A stretch of DNA of 64,000 nt from an uncultured archaeon (GTDB lineage: Archaea; Thermoproteota; EX4484-205; JAAOZP01), in contig CALIBN010000007.1 of assembly GCA_938045545.1 (NCBI GenBank), positions 16,073 through 80,072 of the forward strand. Reading direction: 5' to 3'. Shown piece after piece: positions 17,979 through 27,768 of this stretch. Every line of letters starts with the position of its first letter. Position 1 is the stretch's first letter. The notes under the pieces are model-generated. The model was given only the letters and a program-made list of their open reading frames with translations, did no database searches and was not told the DNA's origin. Made by a program: the position numbers and the translations under genes.

Positions 17979-18732
17979 ACCATTCTGTCGTAACCTGTAT
18001 AACCCTGTCCTCCCAGTCTCTCCGGCTGAAAGTATGGTCTGCCCCCTCTATTATTACGAGCTTCTTAGGCTCCCCCGCCCTATCGTAGAGCATATGCGCG
18101 TGTGTAACTGGGACAACAGTGTCTTCTGAGCCATGTATAATAAGCAGGGGCCTTGGAGAAATCTTTGAACAACTATCCAATATGTCGTGCTTCAAAACGT
18201 CTGTGAAGAAATCTCTGCCAACCCTGTAGCCACTGGGCAGGTCAGCGTAACCCTTTTCTAAAATGCTTTTCAAATCCATTCCGAAAGCCTTCTCACCGTC
18301 CGAGAGGAGCCTGAATTCAGCGGGGGAGGACCATGTGCACACGGCCTTCACACTCTGGTTTCGTACAGCAGTTAAGATGGAGACTGCTCCGCCTAAGCTT
18401 AGCCCTAAGACGCCAATTTTATCGCGAGCAACCTCGCTCCTCTCAAGCAGGAAGCTTAAGACAGCGTTCAGATCACTGATTTCTGAGGAGACAGTCATTT
18501 TTTCAAACTCGCCCTCGCTCTCGCCGGACCCTCTGAAGTCGAACCTAACTGCAGTGATTCCTTCTCTACTCATTTTCCTAGCGGCACGCACAAACAGCCT
18601 ATGCGCCTCAATCCTGTTTCCCGTGAAACCATGGCAGAAGACGACTGTCGGCGCGGGTGTTACTTTGGGAACATGTATGACACCATGTATTCTCTCTCCC
18701 ATAACGTTTACAAATATCGGTATCTCCTCCAT
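17962..18732 (-). CDS. Alpha/beta-fold hydrolase (dienelactone hydrolase / S9 peptidase-like)
   Basis: Nucleophile elbow GLSLGG, then C-terminal Asp and His (…HGSEDTVVP…ADHTF). Length is 256 aa. Confidence 0.7.
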   Translation of the reverse strand: MEEIPIFVNVMGERIHGVIHVPKVTPAPTVVFCHGFTGNRIEAHRLFVRAARKMSREGITAVRFDFRGSGESEGEFEKMTVSSEISDLNAVLSFLLERSEVARDKIGVLGLSLGGAVSILTAVRNQSVKAVCTWSSPAEFRLLSDGEKAFGMDLKSILEKGYADLPSGYRVGRDFFTDVLKHDILDSCSKISPRPLLIIHGSEDTVVPVTHAHMLYDRAGEPKKLVIIEGADHTFSRRDWEDRVIQVTTEWFKETL

Positions 18733-18799
18733 TTCTGTGGGATCAGGTTGTAAACACTATTTATAAGTTAATCATCTGGAAAGCCTTAGCCTTGAGGGT

Positions 18800-19762
18800 T
18801 TACTCAAACTCTATTGTTGCAGGAGGTTTGTCAGAAATATCGTAAAGCACCCTGGAGACTTCAGGGATATTCCTAATTATCATGTCCCTTACCCCATCAA
18901 GCCTGGCCCAGTCTAACCTAACGTATTTTGCAGTAATAGCGTCTTCGGACTCAACTATTCTCAGGGCAATCATGTATCCGTATTTTCTGGCCGAATCACT
19001 GTCTAACCCTGTAGCCCTACCTTCGAGAAGAACGGGGAAAGCCTGGAAACACTCTAAGTCTTCAAGCTCATCGTCAACTATGGCTGTTGCCTTCTTTATT
19101 ATTGAAAGCTTCTCCTCAGTGACCTCGCCGAGTATTCTGATTGCCAGCCCCGGCCCAGGGAAGGGTCTTCGATTAACTATCTCGTCGGGAAGCCCGAGTT
19201 CTCTCGCAACCATCCTAACCTGGCTCTTGTAAAGCTCCTTCAACGGTTCAACTATTTTAAACCCGTATTTCTCAAGCGGGTTTATGCCTATCTGCTCCAG
19301 CACGTTATGCTGGGTTTTCACTCCTCCAGCGGTCTCAACTATGTCCGCTGCTATCGTTCCCTGCAGAATAATCTTTGCACCCGCCTGTCCAGCAATCCTT
19401 GAAAACGTCTTGTAGAAGGTGTCTCTGAAGGCCTTCCTCTTCTCCTCGGCATCCCTAATGCCTTTTAAAGCCGTTAAAAACTCTCTTTGAACATTATGCA
19501 CATCCACGTTGATTCCAAGGTTTCTGAAAACCCTGCTAATCTTCTCAGCCTCCCCTATCCGCATGAAGCCGTCTTCGAGGAAAACTGCCCTCAGGTTTTT
19601 GCCAACCGCCTTGAACCCTAATACGGCTGTTACGGAGCTGTCGACTCCGCCAGATAGGGCGACAATAGCCATTTCTCCACCGATCTCTCTTCTTAAAAAA
19701 CCTATTTTTTCATCGATGAATTCTCGCGGGTTGAACCGCATCATTTTGCCCTCCTTCCTCAT
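18800..19762 (-). CDS. guaA: GMP synthase [glutamine-hydrolysing] subunit B (ATP pyrophosphatase subunit; archaeal split GuaA)
   Basis: PP-loop ALSGGVDSSV and a C-terminal GMP synthase dimerisation domain. At 320 aa it is typical of the archaeal stand-alone subunit B. Confidence 0.8.
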   Translation of the reverse strand: MRKEGKMMRFNPREFIDEKIGFLRREIGGEMAIVALSGGVDSSVTAVLGFKAVGKNLRAVFLEDGFMRIGEAEKISRVFRNLGINVDVHNVQREFLTALKGIRDAEEKRKAFRDTFYKTFSRIAGQAGAKIILQGTIAADIVETAGGVKTQHNVLEQIGINPLEKYGFKIVEPLKELYKSQVRMVARELGLPDEIVNRRPFPGPGLAIRILGEVTEEKLSIIKKATAIVDDELEDLECFQAFPVLLEGRATGLDSDSARKYGYMIALRIVESEDAITAKYVRLDWARLDGVRDMIIRNIPEVSRVLYDISDKPPATIEFE

Positions 19763-19837
19763 ACGGGCTTAATTTAAGTTTTCCGGTGTTTCTGTTTCCG
19801 AAAATGATGTGCTAAAATATTTTTTAATCAACCGTTT

Positions 19838-20845
19838 TTAAGCTTTTAATCTCTTATTGAAAACCTTTGTGAAGCCTATCTTCATAAGAGCCGGTAGCCC
19901 TATTAGATCAGTCGCTGTGTAGAAGAACCGGTAGAGGAGCGATACGGACACGCCCTCTGGGAGAGAAGTACCGAACAGCTGTAGCAATGCTGCTAAAACA
20001 CCCTCCTGCACGCCTAGGCCAGCTAGGGTTAAAGGTAGGTAGGTGAAGCTTGAAACAAGCGAGTATATGAAGATGAATAACACAGGGTTCAACTCAACGC
20101 CGACGGAGAGGGAGAGAAAGTAGAGGGCCATCGAGTCCAAGATGGATGTTGACAGCATTGATAAGACAACCGGCCCCAGGGCCCTCTTGGCTCTAATACT
20201 CTCCCTCTGAAAGTTTTCAATTCTCTCCAAGTAAGGGTTTAGAACTCTACTTACCATTCTGAACGAGCTTAGCCTCAACGCGAGTTTCCTAGGCTTATCG
20301 GACCAGAGGAGTGCCGCGAAGAATAAGGCGCTGGCTGCCAGAATAAGGGCACTTAAAACAACAATCAACTTTACTCCTGAAATCGATTCAAGAGGACCTA
20401 TTAGATATGCTACTGAAACTATAGTCAGTAAAGCCCTTATGAGGAAGTCAACCATTCCCGATAGGACTGTCGCCACCAAGCATGCTTCAAAAGGTGTTTC
20501 GCTGAGCACCTCCATTACGAATGGGGTTATGAAGTATCCTGCACGTCCAGGTGTAAGGTCACTCGCCAACTGGCCTGCAAAATTTGCTTGGATACAGCTT
20601 GACAGCCTTGCTTTGTATTTTAATGATGAAAGGATAAAGAAGAAGGATAGCGCGATCATCGTTGAAGCCGCTATTATCAGGGAAGAGCCGATTAGGACGT
20701 ATTTGGTATCGGCTTTAAGCAGGGCTTTAAAAGTCTCTTCAAAATCTGCCTGTTGAAGCAGGATAATCAGGATGAGTAGGCCTAGTGCTAACTGGCAGAT
20801 TACTAAAACCCCCTTCTTGGCGCCTTCCCCGTATCTCATGCTCAT
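19838..20845 (-). CDS. Flippase-like / lysylphosphatidylglycerol-synthase TM-domain (UPF0104) membrane protein
   Basis: Eight predicted TM helices. The N-terminal region VLVICQLALGLLILIILLQQADFEETFKAL is typical of the UPF0104 family. Confidence 0.55.
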   Translation of the reverse strand: MSMRYGEGAKKGVLVICQLALGLLILIILLQQADFEETFKALLKADTKYVLIGSSLIIAASTMIALSFFFILSSLKYKARLSSCIQANFAGQLASDLTPGRAGYFITPFVMEVLSETPFEACLVATVLSGMVDFLIRALLTIVSVAYLIGPLESISGVKLIVVLSALILAASALFFAALLWSDKPRKLALRLSSFRMVSRVLNPYLERIENFQRESIRAKRALGPVVLSMLSTSILDSMALYFLSLSVGVELNPVLFIFIYSLVSSFTYLPLTLAGLGVQEGVLAALLQLFGTSLPEGVSVSLLYRFFYTATDLIGLPALMKIGFTKVFNKRLKA

Positions 20846-21002
20846 GTCACTTGGAGGATGCGAGGATTATTAATGGTTGCTGGCTGACACTGGGCAAGAT
20901 CACTGCCGCGTGTATCGAGTTAAGAGTCTTAATCACTCCAGACACCGGTTTTCCCTGTTCCGCTTAACTGCCTCCAGTAAAGGTTCCAGTCATAGTTTAG
21001 AT

Positions 21003-21794
21003 TCAACTCGGCTGAGAAAGATCTTTCTCAGCCAACCTGTTCAATATTATTTTCCTTTCAGCCTCCAGCTCATCCAGCATTTTTCTAAGCCTCGCGCTCA
21101 GCCTATCATATGCTTCTCCAGATATTATGTTATCCTTCTTCTCATCCTCCAAAACAATTAGAAAGGCCCTAATTCTCGTCATCTCCTCTTCTACAACGTT
21201 TAGGCTGGTTGACAGGGCTGGTGCTGTTGGCTCAGATACTTGAGAAGGCTCAGCCGAAGAAATTTGAGCCTCCTCCTTTGTGCCTGATAATGGTTTAAAG
21301 AGATCTATAGGTGGGCCGGATGTTTCCACAACCTCCTCAACAGGCGGCTGGGTTACTGCTGAAACAACCTTCCTCCTAGCGTTAGGCCTAAACTTGCCTA
21401 TTATGATTGCAGCCGCTGAGGCTGCCCAGACGACGAAATAACCTACCCCGTAGCTCGGAACGTTAAAGCCCAATACAGGGTTGAAGACGGTTACTGTGGT
21501 TACGAGTACCATTCCAAGAATACCCATGACGCCGGAGCGCAACGGATAGAGCCCTAGGGCTCCGGCAGCGGTCAGGATTATGAATGATGCTAGAATTATG
21601 ATCTCGTAGATTAAAAGGTTCATGGGCTGCTGTATGCCGCTCGCGACGTTTTCAATAAATTGTACCACCATGCTGAATAAGGTTGCTTGCCCTGGCTGGC
21701 CGGAGGGAAGTAGAAAGGAGCCGAAAGGCAGTAGGAATGTTGCTAGAATCATCACCAAGCCCAGTGTTATCCCGGCAATCCTGTCCATATCCAT
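21003..21794 (-). CDS. Membrane protein with 4–5 TM helices and a C-terminal coiled-coil tail (unknown function)
   Basis: Hydrophobic N-terminal two-thirds, then a Pro/Ser-rich linker and a charged helical tail (…EEEMTRIRAFLIVLEDEKK…LDELEAERK). It is adjacent to the large surface protein gene. Confidence 0.4.
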   Translation of the reverse strand: MDMDRIAGITLGLVMILATFLLPFGSFLLPSGQPGQATLFSMVVQFIENVASGIQQPMNLLIYEIIILASFIILTAAGALGLYPLRSGVMGILGMVLVTTVTVFNPVLGFNVPSYGVGYFVVWAASAAAIIIGKFRPNARRKVVSAVTQPPVEEVVETSGPPIDLFKPLSGTKEEAQISSAEPSQVSEPTAPALSTSLNVVEEEMTRIRAFLIVLEDEKKDNIISGEAYDRLSARLRKMLDELEAERKIILNRLAEKDLSQPS

Positions 21795-21905
21795 CTTTAC
21801 ATTATTTTTATCTTGTTGAAAACATATATTAAGCTTCCCTTTCAGATTCCCTGGGGTTAACCCTGGAGAATGCTGATTCTCGCCTTACTTGCCTGTTTTT
21901 TCCTG

Positions 21906-24506
21906 CTACACTGAAGGAGGTGGAGGCGGCGGAGGGAATGGTTGGGCGTAGGAAGGCTTCCTTCTTCTCAGCAGGAGTATGGCAACGATGACAACAATTA
22001 GGGCTAAGACGGCTGCGTATAGCCAAATAGGTATGCCGACAGTGTATTTTGACACGGGTGTTCTGGCCTCATTGCCCACGTTATCAACCGCCTCAACATA
22101 GTACTGAACCTCTTTGAAAAACATTTGAGAAGGTATGGAGCCCCTGTAAACCCCTTCTACAAGAACCATCGTGACCTTTGTCCAGGTGGAGCCTCCGTCT
22201 GTTGAGTAGTAAAGGCTGGCCTCCTTGACTCCTGAAACCGCGTCTGAAACCTGGCATATTATTGTTGTTTGTTCTCCGAAGACAGGGTTTGAGGGCTCTG
22301 ACAAGCCTGTGATCGTGGGCGGAGAATTGTCCACCTTAAGCATGAAAGAGCCGCTCCAAGACGCCGCATTATCCATGTTGTCAACTGCTTCAACACTCCA
22401 ATTGTGGCTTCCCTCGGAAAGGGTTATTGTCTTAGAATACTCGCTGCCGCCAGCCATGGTTCCCTGCGGAATCCCGTCGACAGTGAGCCTAACCTCCTTA
22501 ACTCCTGAGCCGGCATCCTCAACCCTGACTGTGAGCTTTACGGACGTTGAGCCCATGACTATGCTTCCGGTGGGTGAAGCCCCACTTATGGCGGGAGGAG
22601 TGCTATCAAGGATTACGGATACTGTTTTCTCAGCCTCATTGTTATCGGCCCTGTCTATACTGTAGTATCCTATCGTATGGGGGCCGTCTGAAAGGGCTGA
22701 GAGAGTAAAGCCTGATGTGTAAATATTCCAAGAGCCGCCATCAATCCTATACTTAGTCTGTTTAACCCCGCTTGCATCGTCTGTCGCTGAAAGCTCGAAC
22801 AACGTTGAGCCTGAAACAAAGATTGTTGCACCACTCGAATGCTTCGGATCATAGCTTATTGTTGTTACTGGGGGATTTGTATCAGGGATGACTGTGACTG
22901 TTGCTGTGCCGAGGGTTAGGCCTGTTGCTGAGGCCGTTAAGATCCATGTCCCCCCTTTCACATCGTAATAGTCAACCTTAACCATACTTGAGCCCGCTGG
23001 AATTGTTATGCTCGTTATCCTGGTTGTGGTTCCGAATTTTCTGAACTCCCCCTCAGGCGATGTTGTTGAAAGGCTTACGATTATGGGTGTGGCGCTGGTG
23101 GTTTCATATCCGTTAGCATCCCTGATAGAGATGTTGAGATGTGAGTATGTTACTCCAGCAGCCATGGTGAAGCTTGAAGGCGTTAAAGCAAGCTTCTCTG
23201 GAGGACCCGCCTTAACGTTGAAGGGGTTGCTCTCACCAGTCTTACCCGCGCCGCTAGTAGAAATCTTAACACTGTCCCCTATCCTGCTTATAGTCACCAT
23301 GCCGGTCCACTTCCCGTTTACGAACGCACCTGTTAACCTAGGCTCTATGGTTCCAGTGGTGTCTGAAAGGGTGTTTGTCCCAGTGTAGTCGGTCTTAACA
23401 TTGCCATAAGCATCATAGGCAGTAATGGTTATTGAGAATGGCACTGCAACCTGCTTCGGCGAAGTTATGGTGTCGAATGCGAAACGGTCAAGCGGCCCCG
23501 GCTTAACGGTCAACTGTTTAGCATCGTCACCGTAATTAGGCACGAAAATTATGAAGCCGCCGCTCCAAGTAAAATACATGTAATCGTCTGTCCAAACATG
23601 AATATCCCATGTCCCAGCCTTATCATCATAATACCAGAACTCTTTAGAGTTTCCATCGGATTCAGATATTGTCAGCTCCGTTATCGCTGACCCGCCTTGG
23701 GTTAGAGAGAACTTCTTGTTGGCTGAGGTTGAGGTTGAGCTAAGCTTAACCTTTAAATCTCCACGGGTCACGGGCTCACCGTTATAGGTTTTCCGGGTGA
23801 CAGTCAACTTAACCCATTTACCAGCTTCAAGCGTGGTGCTTGCAAGACTAAGCTCCAAGTGAGGAGGATAATACTTAACCTCAAGGTAGGGACGCAGGCT
23901 TGAATCATCGTGTTCCTTAGAATACATATACCAATAAATTTGAGTAGCGGCCGATTCAGTGCTGTCCTTAAGCCTCCAACCGAAGTTTGGCATCGCGCCA
24001 GCAATATCCTTCGACGCAAACTTTTCAACTGAACTCTTCACATCAACACTAAGCCAAACGTTTGAAGTAGTGCCGACTGTTATGGATGATACTGAAACCA
24101 TGGCTGGAGGCTGATTGTTCCACGTGATTGTTCCCTCATCCCAACCATCTGCATTAACAAGATGACACGCCAACGTTCTGCTTGAAGAAGGAGCTTTATA
24201 CATGAATAGCTTGAGGCTGGCTGAAACGATTACTGAGCCCGGAGGAATCGTGTTCAGATCAAACTTTATGAAGGAGCGCCAAACTTGAGAATCGCTGGAA
24301 CCAGCACTAACCCCTATATGTGTAAGAGCACCGTAATTGTTACTGCTAAAGGATCCTCCTGCAACTAACGCGTCACCTGTAGGGGAGAAACGTCTGGCGA
24401 GCAGAGGAACCTCGTCACCTGCTACTCTCGTAACGATGCATGGTGTTTCCGAGCATACGATTATTATGATTATTAAAAGGCCTAATACTAGACTTGACTT
24501 ATTCAA
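21906..24506 (-). CDS. Large cell-surface protein with an N-terminal DNRLRE domain, Ig-like repeats, a C-terminal TM anchor and a poly-proline tail
   Basis: Signal peptide MNKSSLVLGLLIIIIIV. The DNRLRE-like core is SQVWRSFIKFDLNTIPPGSVIVSASLKLFMY…DGWDEGTITWNNQP. The sequence is Thr/Ser-rich and beta-rich. The C-terminal TM is LAAVLALIVVIVAILLL, followed by RRRKPSYAQPFPPPPPPPSV. Length is 866 aa. Confidence 0.6.
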   Translation of the reverse strand: MNKSSLVLGLLIIIIIVCSETPCIVTRVAGDEVPLLARRFSPTGDALVAGGSFSSNNYGALTHIGVSAGSSDSQVWRSFIKFDLNTIPPGSVIVSASLKLFMYKAPSSSRTLACHLVNADGWDEGTITWNNQPPAMVSVSSITVGTTSNVWLSVDVKSSVEKFASKDIAGAMPNFGWRLKDSTESAATQIYWYMYSKEHDDSSLRPYLEVKYYPPHLELSLASTTLEAGKWVKLTVTRKTYNGEPVTRGDLKVKLSSTSTSANKKFSLTQGGSAITELTISESDGNSKEFWYYDDKAGTWDIHVWTDDYMYFTWSGGFIIFVPNYGDDAKQLTVKPGPLDRFAFDTITSPKQVAVPFSITITAYDAYGNVKTDYTGTNTLSDTTGTIEPRLTGAFVNGKWTGMVTISRIGDSVKISTSGAGKTGESNPFNVKAGPPEKLALTPSSFTMAAGVTYSHLNISIRDANGYETTSATPIIVSLSTTSPEGEFRKFGTTTRITSITIPAGSSMVKVDYYDVKGGTWILTASATGLTLGTATVTVIPDTNPPVTTISYDPKHSSGATIFVSGSTLFELSATDDASGVKQTKYRIDGGSWNIYTSGFTLSALSDGPHTIGYYSIDRADNNEAEKTVSVILDSTPPAISGASPTGSIVMGSTSVKLTVRVEDAGSGVKEVRLTVDGIPQGTMAGGSEYSKTITLSEGSHNWSVEAVDNMDNAASWSGSFMLKVDNSPPTITGLSEPSNPVFGEQTTIICQVSDAVSGVKEASLYYSTDGGSTWTKVTMVLVEGVYRGSIPSQMFFKEVQYYVEAVDNVGNEARTPVSKYTVGIPIWLYAAVLALIVVIVAILLLRRRKPSYAQPFPPPPPPPSV

Positions 24507-24639
24507 CTCTTTTCATCTTAAAAGCGGCTTCCTAGGATATAAACGTTTCCATGTTAAAGCGAATATCTTGGCTCATCCTTTTTCCTTCTAAACATCTTTT
24601 TCACTACTTCTTAAGAACCCGTATAATAATTAAGCGACT

Positions 24640-24652
24640 GTGCTTTAAAAAG
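24640..24652 (+). promoter_or_regulatory. Putative archaeal BRE/TATA box for the 999-aa glycosidase gene (likely leaderless transcript)
   Basis: gctttaaaaag is centred about 25 nt upstream of the ATG at 24667. Confidence 0.3.
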
Positions 24653-24666
24653 TTAAATAACTCCTT

Positions 24667-27666
24667 ATGGCTCGTCAATTTAAAATGATAGAAGAAAATA
24701 AATTTAGAAAACCTGTTTCAATATTCAAGGGCGCTCCATTCTGGTCGATAAACGACCTGTTAACTGAGGATAAAGTTAGGAGAGAGGTTCAGATCTTATG
24801 CAGTGCTGGATACGGAGGCGCGTTCTTTCACGCTAGAGAAGGCCTCGTCACACCGTTCCTAAGTGAGGAATGGTTTAATGCTTTCAGAGTTGCGGTTGAA
24901 GAAGCGGAGAAAAACCACATGTTAATCTGGATTTACGACGAGCTCTGGTGGCCCTCCGGCTTCGCAGGGGGGCTTGTCCCTTTTTTAAGCTCTAAACACA
25001 GGGCTAAGGCGCTGGTCATGATGGTTGACACGAGAAGCTACAAGGGGGAAGACATCATAGCGAGCTTCGAATGTGTTACAGATGGAAACGGTCTTCCGAC
25101 AGAATTTAAGAGGGTTTTCGAAGAGAAGGCGGATTCAGAGAAGCTCTATCTGACATTTCTGAGGTACGTGGCGCCAGTCGGGGAGGCCTGGTACAATAGC
25201 TCATGCTACGTCGACCTTCTTGATTACGGGACAGTCAAGCAATTCTTAAACCTGGCCTACAAGCCTTACGTCGACCTTTTTAAGAAGGATATTGGAAGGA
25301 CTATTCCAGGGGTTTTCACGGATGAGCCCAACTTCTCGTCAAGCAGGCCGCCTCCTAGGCAAGCCATGCCCCCGAGAGGGCCGAGGATACCACCCTTCTC
25401 AGTGCCATGGACAGACGGGCTTCCAGAGAGGTTCAGGGAGGTCAACGGGTATGATTTAATAGATCATCTTCCGAAGCTTTTCTTCGACGTCGGCGACTAC
25501 ATGAAGGTGCGGTATGATTTCTGGAGAACTGTTACTCTTCTTTTCTTAGAGTCTTTCTCGAAACAGATATACGAGTGGTGCGATAGGAATAATCTGAAGT
25601 TTACCGGCCACTATTTGAGCGAGGACGACCTTCTTGGTCAAACAATCCGCATAGGTGCAGCGATGCCTCATTACGAGTATCAGCATGTTCCTGGAATAGA
25701 TCACCTGGGTATGCATGTCTGGAGGAGCCTGCTAACCGCTAAACAGGTTTCCTCGGCGGCGAACCAGCTTGGAAAAGAAAGGGTTCTATGCGAAGTCTAC
25801 GGCTGCACCGGGAACTACCCGACTTTCGAGGACAGGAAGTGGATTGGCGACTGGCTTATAACGATGGGCGTGAACCTGATGTGCCACCACCTAGTTCCCT
25901 ACTCGATGAGGGGTAGGAGGAAAAGGGACTACGGGTTGAACTTCCACTGGGGTCAACCATGGTGGGATTACAACGAGTACATAGAGGATCATTTCTCAAG
26001 ACTGTGCTACGTGCTTTCCAGCGGGAGGAGGATCGTAAACGTGCTCGTTATCCATTCGATTGGAAGCGCCTGGGCAAGCTATTCTCCGCTGAACGATTCC
26101 ACTGTAAGGGTTCTGGACAGTCAGCTTAAAGGGTTGCTAATGTCCCTTCTGAAACTACATGTTGACTTCGACCTTGGCGACGAGATGCTTATGGAGAAAC
26201 ACGCTAGTGTCGAAGGCTCTAGGCTTAAGGTTGGGAATGCTTTCTACGACGTCGTGGTTGTACCGCCTTGTCTAACGCTTGCTGGAAGCACGATTAGGCT
26301 CTTAAAGAAGTTTAAAGACTCAGGAGGAGAATTAGTGTTCGTTAAACCGCTTCCGAGCCTGGTTGATGGGAAGCCGAGCGTAGAACTGGCGGAGCTCATC
26401 AACAGGTGTACAGTTAAAGAGGATTATGACACAGGATCTTTGAGCGACGTTTTGCCGGACCACTGTAAAATTTTGAAAATAGATGGCGATGAAGAGGGTA
26501 ATCTCCTATACCATTTGAGGAGAGACGATTCTGGCGACATGTTTCTGTTCGTTTTTAACTCGAGCAGGGATAAGGCTGTGAACGCTAGAATCGGGCTTCA
26601 CGGTTCTTTCAGCATTAAACTGTTAGATACTCTAAGCGGTTTAACATCGGAGTTTGAAGGCTATGTGGAAAACGGTTGGACGTATCTGGAGCATGTTTTC
26701 CAACCTGTTTCCTCACTCCTCCTTGCTTTCTCGCCTGGAAAGCCGAAGAACATGTCCGTCAAGCCTAGGAAAACCTTAGAAATACCACTGTCTTCAGACT
26801 GGAGTGTTAAACGGATTGATCCTAACGTGCTGGTTTTAGATTACTGTAGGTACAGGACGAGTGGTGATTGGAGTGAAAAAATGCCTCTTTGCAAGGCTAG
26901 AAAACAGATAGTTGCAGAAGGTGTTGGAACAAGGTTTACTTTAAAATTCGATTTCGAGTTGAAAACTACTCCTCTAGGTAAGAGTATTAAGCTGGCCATG
27001 GAGACACCCCACTTGTTCAAGATTAGGATAAACGGGAAAGACGCTCTCTGGAAGGATGAAGGAAACTGGGTTGACGACTGCCTCAGGGTGATGAGTGTAA
27101 CCGAATATTTGAGAGAAGGTATGAACGAGATTGAGCTTGAAGGACTTGTCGGAATCGAGCCTGAGATGGAGAACATTTTCCTCATCGGCGAGTTCGGGGT
27201 TGAGCTTCCCCCTGGAAAAAATCCAGTGATTGTCGATGAGCTTGCTCAGGTTGAAACTAGGGATCTGGCTAAACAGGGCTACCCGTTTTACGTCGGCTCC
27301 TTCGAACTGCGCAACGAGTTTCAGTATGGTGAGGACCCTAGCAGTAAGACGGTTGTCCTGAGGCTGGATGGCTTAAAGGCTGCGCTCGCCGTAGTCTATA
27401 TTAACGGTCAGGAGGCTGGCAAGGTCTTCATGCATCCTTTCACTCTTGATGTGACAAGGCTTGTTAGAAAAGGGGTGAACGAGCTTAAAGTGAAGATCGT
27501 TGGGACGCTGAGAAATGCTTTCGGACCGCTGCACTACGCGGGAGGAGACCCGCTCTACATAGGCCCGGAGACTTTCGAGGATGAAAGACACTGGACTGAT
27601 GAGTACGTTTTAAAACCGTTTGGGCTGGAGAAAGCGGAAATCGTTATTTACGAGAAAAGCCTTTAG
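24667..27666 (+). CDS. Large intracellular glycoside hydrolase (family unassigned) with two C-terminal galactose-binding-like beta-sandwich domains
   Basis: 999 aa, no signal peptide. A central catalytic-barrel-like region is followed by two repeated jelly-roll-like segments (…RINGKDALWKDEGNWVDDCL…, …VYINGQEAGKVFMHPFTLDVT…) that resemble GH2 sugar-binding domains. A TATA-like gctttaaaaag lies about 25 nt upstream. Confidence 0.45.
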   Translation: MARQFKMIEENKFRKPVSIFKGAPFWSINDLLTEDKVRREVQILCSAGYGGAFFHAREGLVTPFLSEEWFNAFRVAVEEAEKNHMLIWIYDELWWPSGFAGGLVPFLSSKHRAKALVMMVDTRSYKGEDIIASFECVTDGNGLPTEFKRVFEEKADSEKLYLTFLRYVAPVGEAWYNSSCYVDLLDYGTVKQFLNLAYKPYVDLFKKDIGRTIPGVFTDEPNFSSSRPPPRQAMPPRGPRIPPFSVPWTDGLPERFREVNGYDLIDHLPKLFFDVGDYMKVRYDFWRTVTLLFLESFSKQIYEWCDRNNLKFTGHYLSEDDLLGQTIRIGAAMPHYEYQHVPGIDHLGMHVWRSLLTAKQVSSAANQLGKERVLCEVYGCTGNYPTFEDRKWIGDWLITMGVNLMCHHLVPYSMRGRRKRDYGLNFHWGQPWWDYNEYIEDHFSRLCYVLSSGRRIVNVLVIHSIGSAWASYSPLNDSTVRVLDSQLKGLLMSLLKLHVDFDLGDEMLMEKHASVEGSRLKVGNAFYDVVVVPPCLTLAGSTIRLLKKFKDSGGELVFVKPLPSLVDGKPSVELAELINRCTVKEDYDTGSLSDVLPDHCKILKIDGDEEGNLLYHLRRDDSGDMFLFVFNSSRDKAVNARIGLHGSFSIKLLDTLSGLTSEFEGYVENGWTYLEHVFQPVSSLLLAFSPGKPKNMSVKPRKTLEIPLSSDWSVKRIDPNVLVLDYCRYRTSGDWSEKMPLCKARKQIVAEGVGTRFTLKFDFELKTTPLGKSIKLAMETPHLFKIRINGKDALWKDEGNWVDDCLRVMSVTEYLREGMNEIELEGLVGIEPEMENIFLIGEFGVELPPGKNPVIVDELAQVETRDLAKQGYPFYVGSFELRNEFQYGEDPSSKTVVLRLDGLKAALAVVYINGQEAGKVFMHPFTLDVTRLVRKGVNELKVKIVGTLRNAFGPLHYAGGDPLYIGPETFEDERHWTDEYVLKPFGLEKAEIVIYEKSL

Positions 27667-27728
27667 CAAAACATCTTTCACACCGTTTTTATTTCTGCTG
27701 ACCTTTTTAACGCGATTCAAATGGAAGG

Positions 27729-27752
27729 TTTAAAAGCCTCTTTAAAAGCCTC
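27729..27752 (+). promoter_or_regulatory. Tandemly duplicated TATA-box-like 12-mer (tttaaaagcctc x2) upstream of etfB
   Basis: Exact direct repeat at 27729-27740 and 27741-27752. It ends about 17 nt before the TTG start at 27769. Confidence 0.35.
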
Positions 27753-27768
27753 CGTTCAGTAAAAACGG

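Noticed and set aside
20877-21161. 94-aa plus-strand ORF between the flippase-like and coiled-coil membrane protein genes
   Set aside because: It overlaps the 3' end of the minus-strand gene 21003..21794. Its translation is low-complexity and unconvincing.
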